Source: Xylographa opegraphella | Taxonomy: Eukaryota | Direction of reading: 5' to 3' | Assembly (NCBI GenBank): GCA_022813865.1 | Contig: JALDZX010000042.1 | Span: 175,560 to 195,559 of the forward strand | Length of the DNA: 20,000 bases | Part shown: positions 19,941 to 20,000 of the stretch, piece after piece | Layout of the letters: every line of letters starts with the position of its first letter | How positions within the stretch are numbered: the stretch's first letter is position 1 | Notes under the pieces: model-generated | What the model was told of the DNA's origin: nothing | The model's database searches: none | Seen by the model: only the letters and a program-made list of their open reading frames with translations | Program-made: the position numbers and the translations under genes

Positions 19941-20000
19941 AGGGTTAGGGTTAGGGTTAGGGTTAGGGTTAGGGTTAGGGTTAGGGTTAGGGTTAGGGTT
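19941..20000 (+). repeat. Canonical telomere repeat (TTAGGG)n; right chromosome end
   Basis: Ten perfect AGGGTT units running to the end of the window, with the G-rich strand oriented 5'->3' toward the end as expected for a telomere. TTAGGG is the standard Pezizomycotina repeat. Confidence 0.95.

Overview
Eukaryotic, intron-containing DNA from a filamentous ascomycete (Pezizomycotina-type short introns and CTRAY branch points). The window appears to be the last 20 kb of a chromosome arm. It holds eight apparently intact genes: 5'-partial RNase P/MRP subunit RPP40 (+), DNA2 nuclease/helicase (-), mitochondrial 2-oxodicarboxylate carrier ODC (+), a small ankyrin-repeat protein (-), tRNA ligase TRL1 (+), a ferroportin-family transporter (+), a DUF3824-type RS-rich protein (-) and a second mitochondrial carrier, SAM5/PET8-like (+). 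The unusual part is the last ~430 bp. There is no subtelomeric repeat domain. Instead, an open frame absent from the ORF track (19575 to the end, no stop) encodes a fragment resembling an SNF2-type helicase C-terminal domain. It is cut at the codons Ile-Gln-Val (ATC CAG GTT). The CAGGTT hexamer then repeats 16 times (TTCAGG-type array) before switching abruptly to 10 canonical AGGGTT (TTAGGG) telomere repeats. This looks like a healed chromosome break inside a helicase relic, capped by a two-tier telomere whose inner variant repeat is identical to the last two codons at the break. All protein assignments come from motif recognition by eye; no database searches were run.
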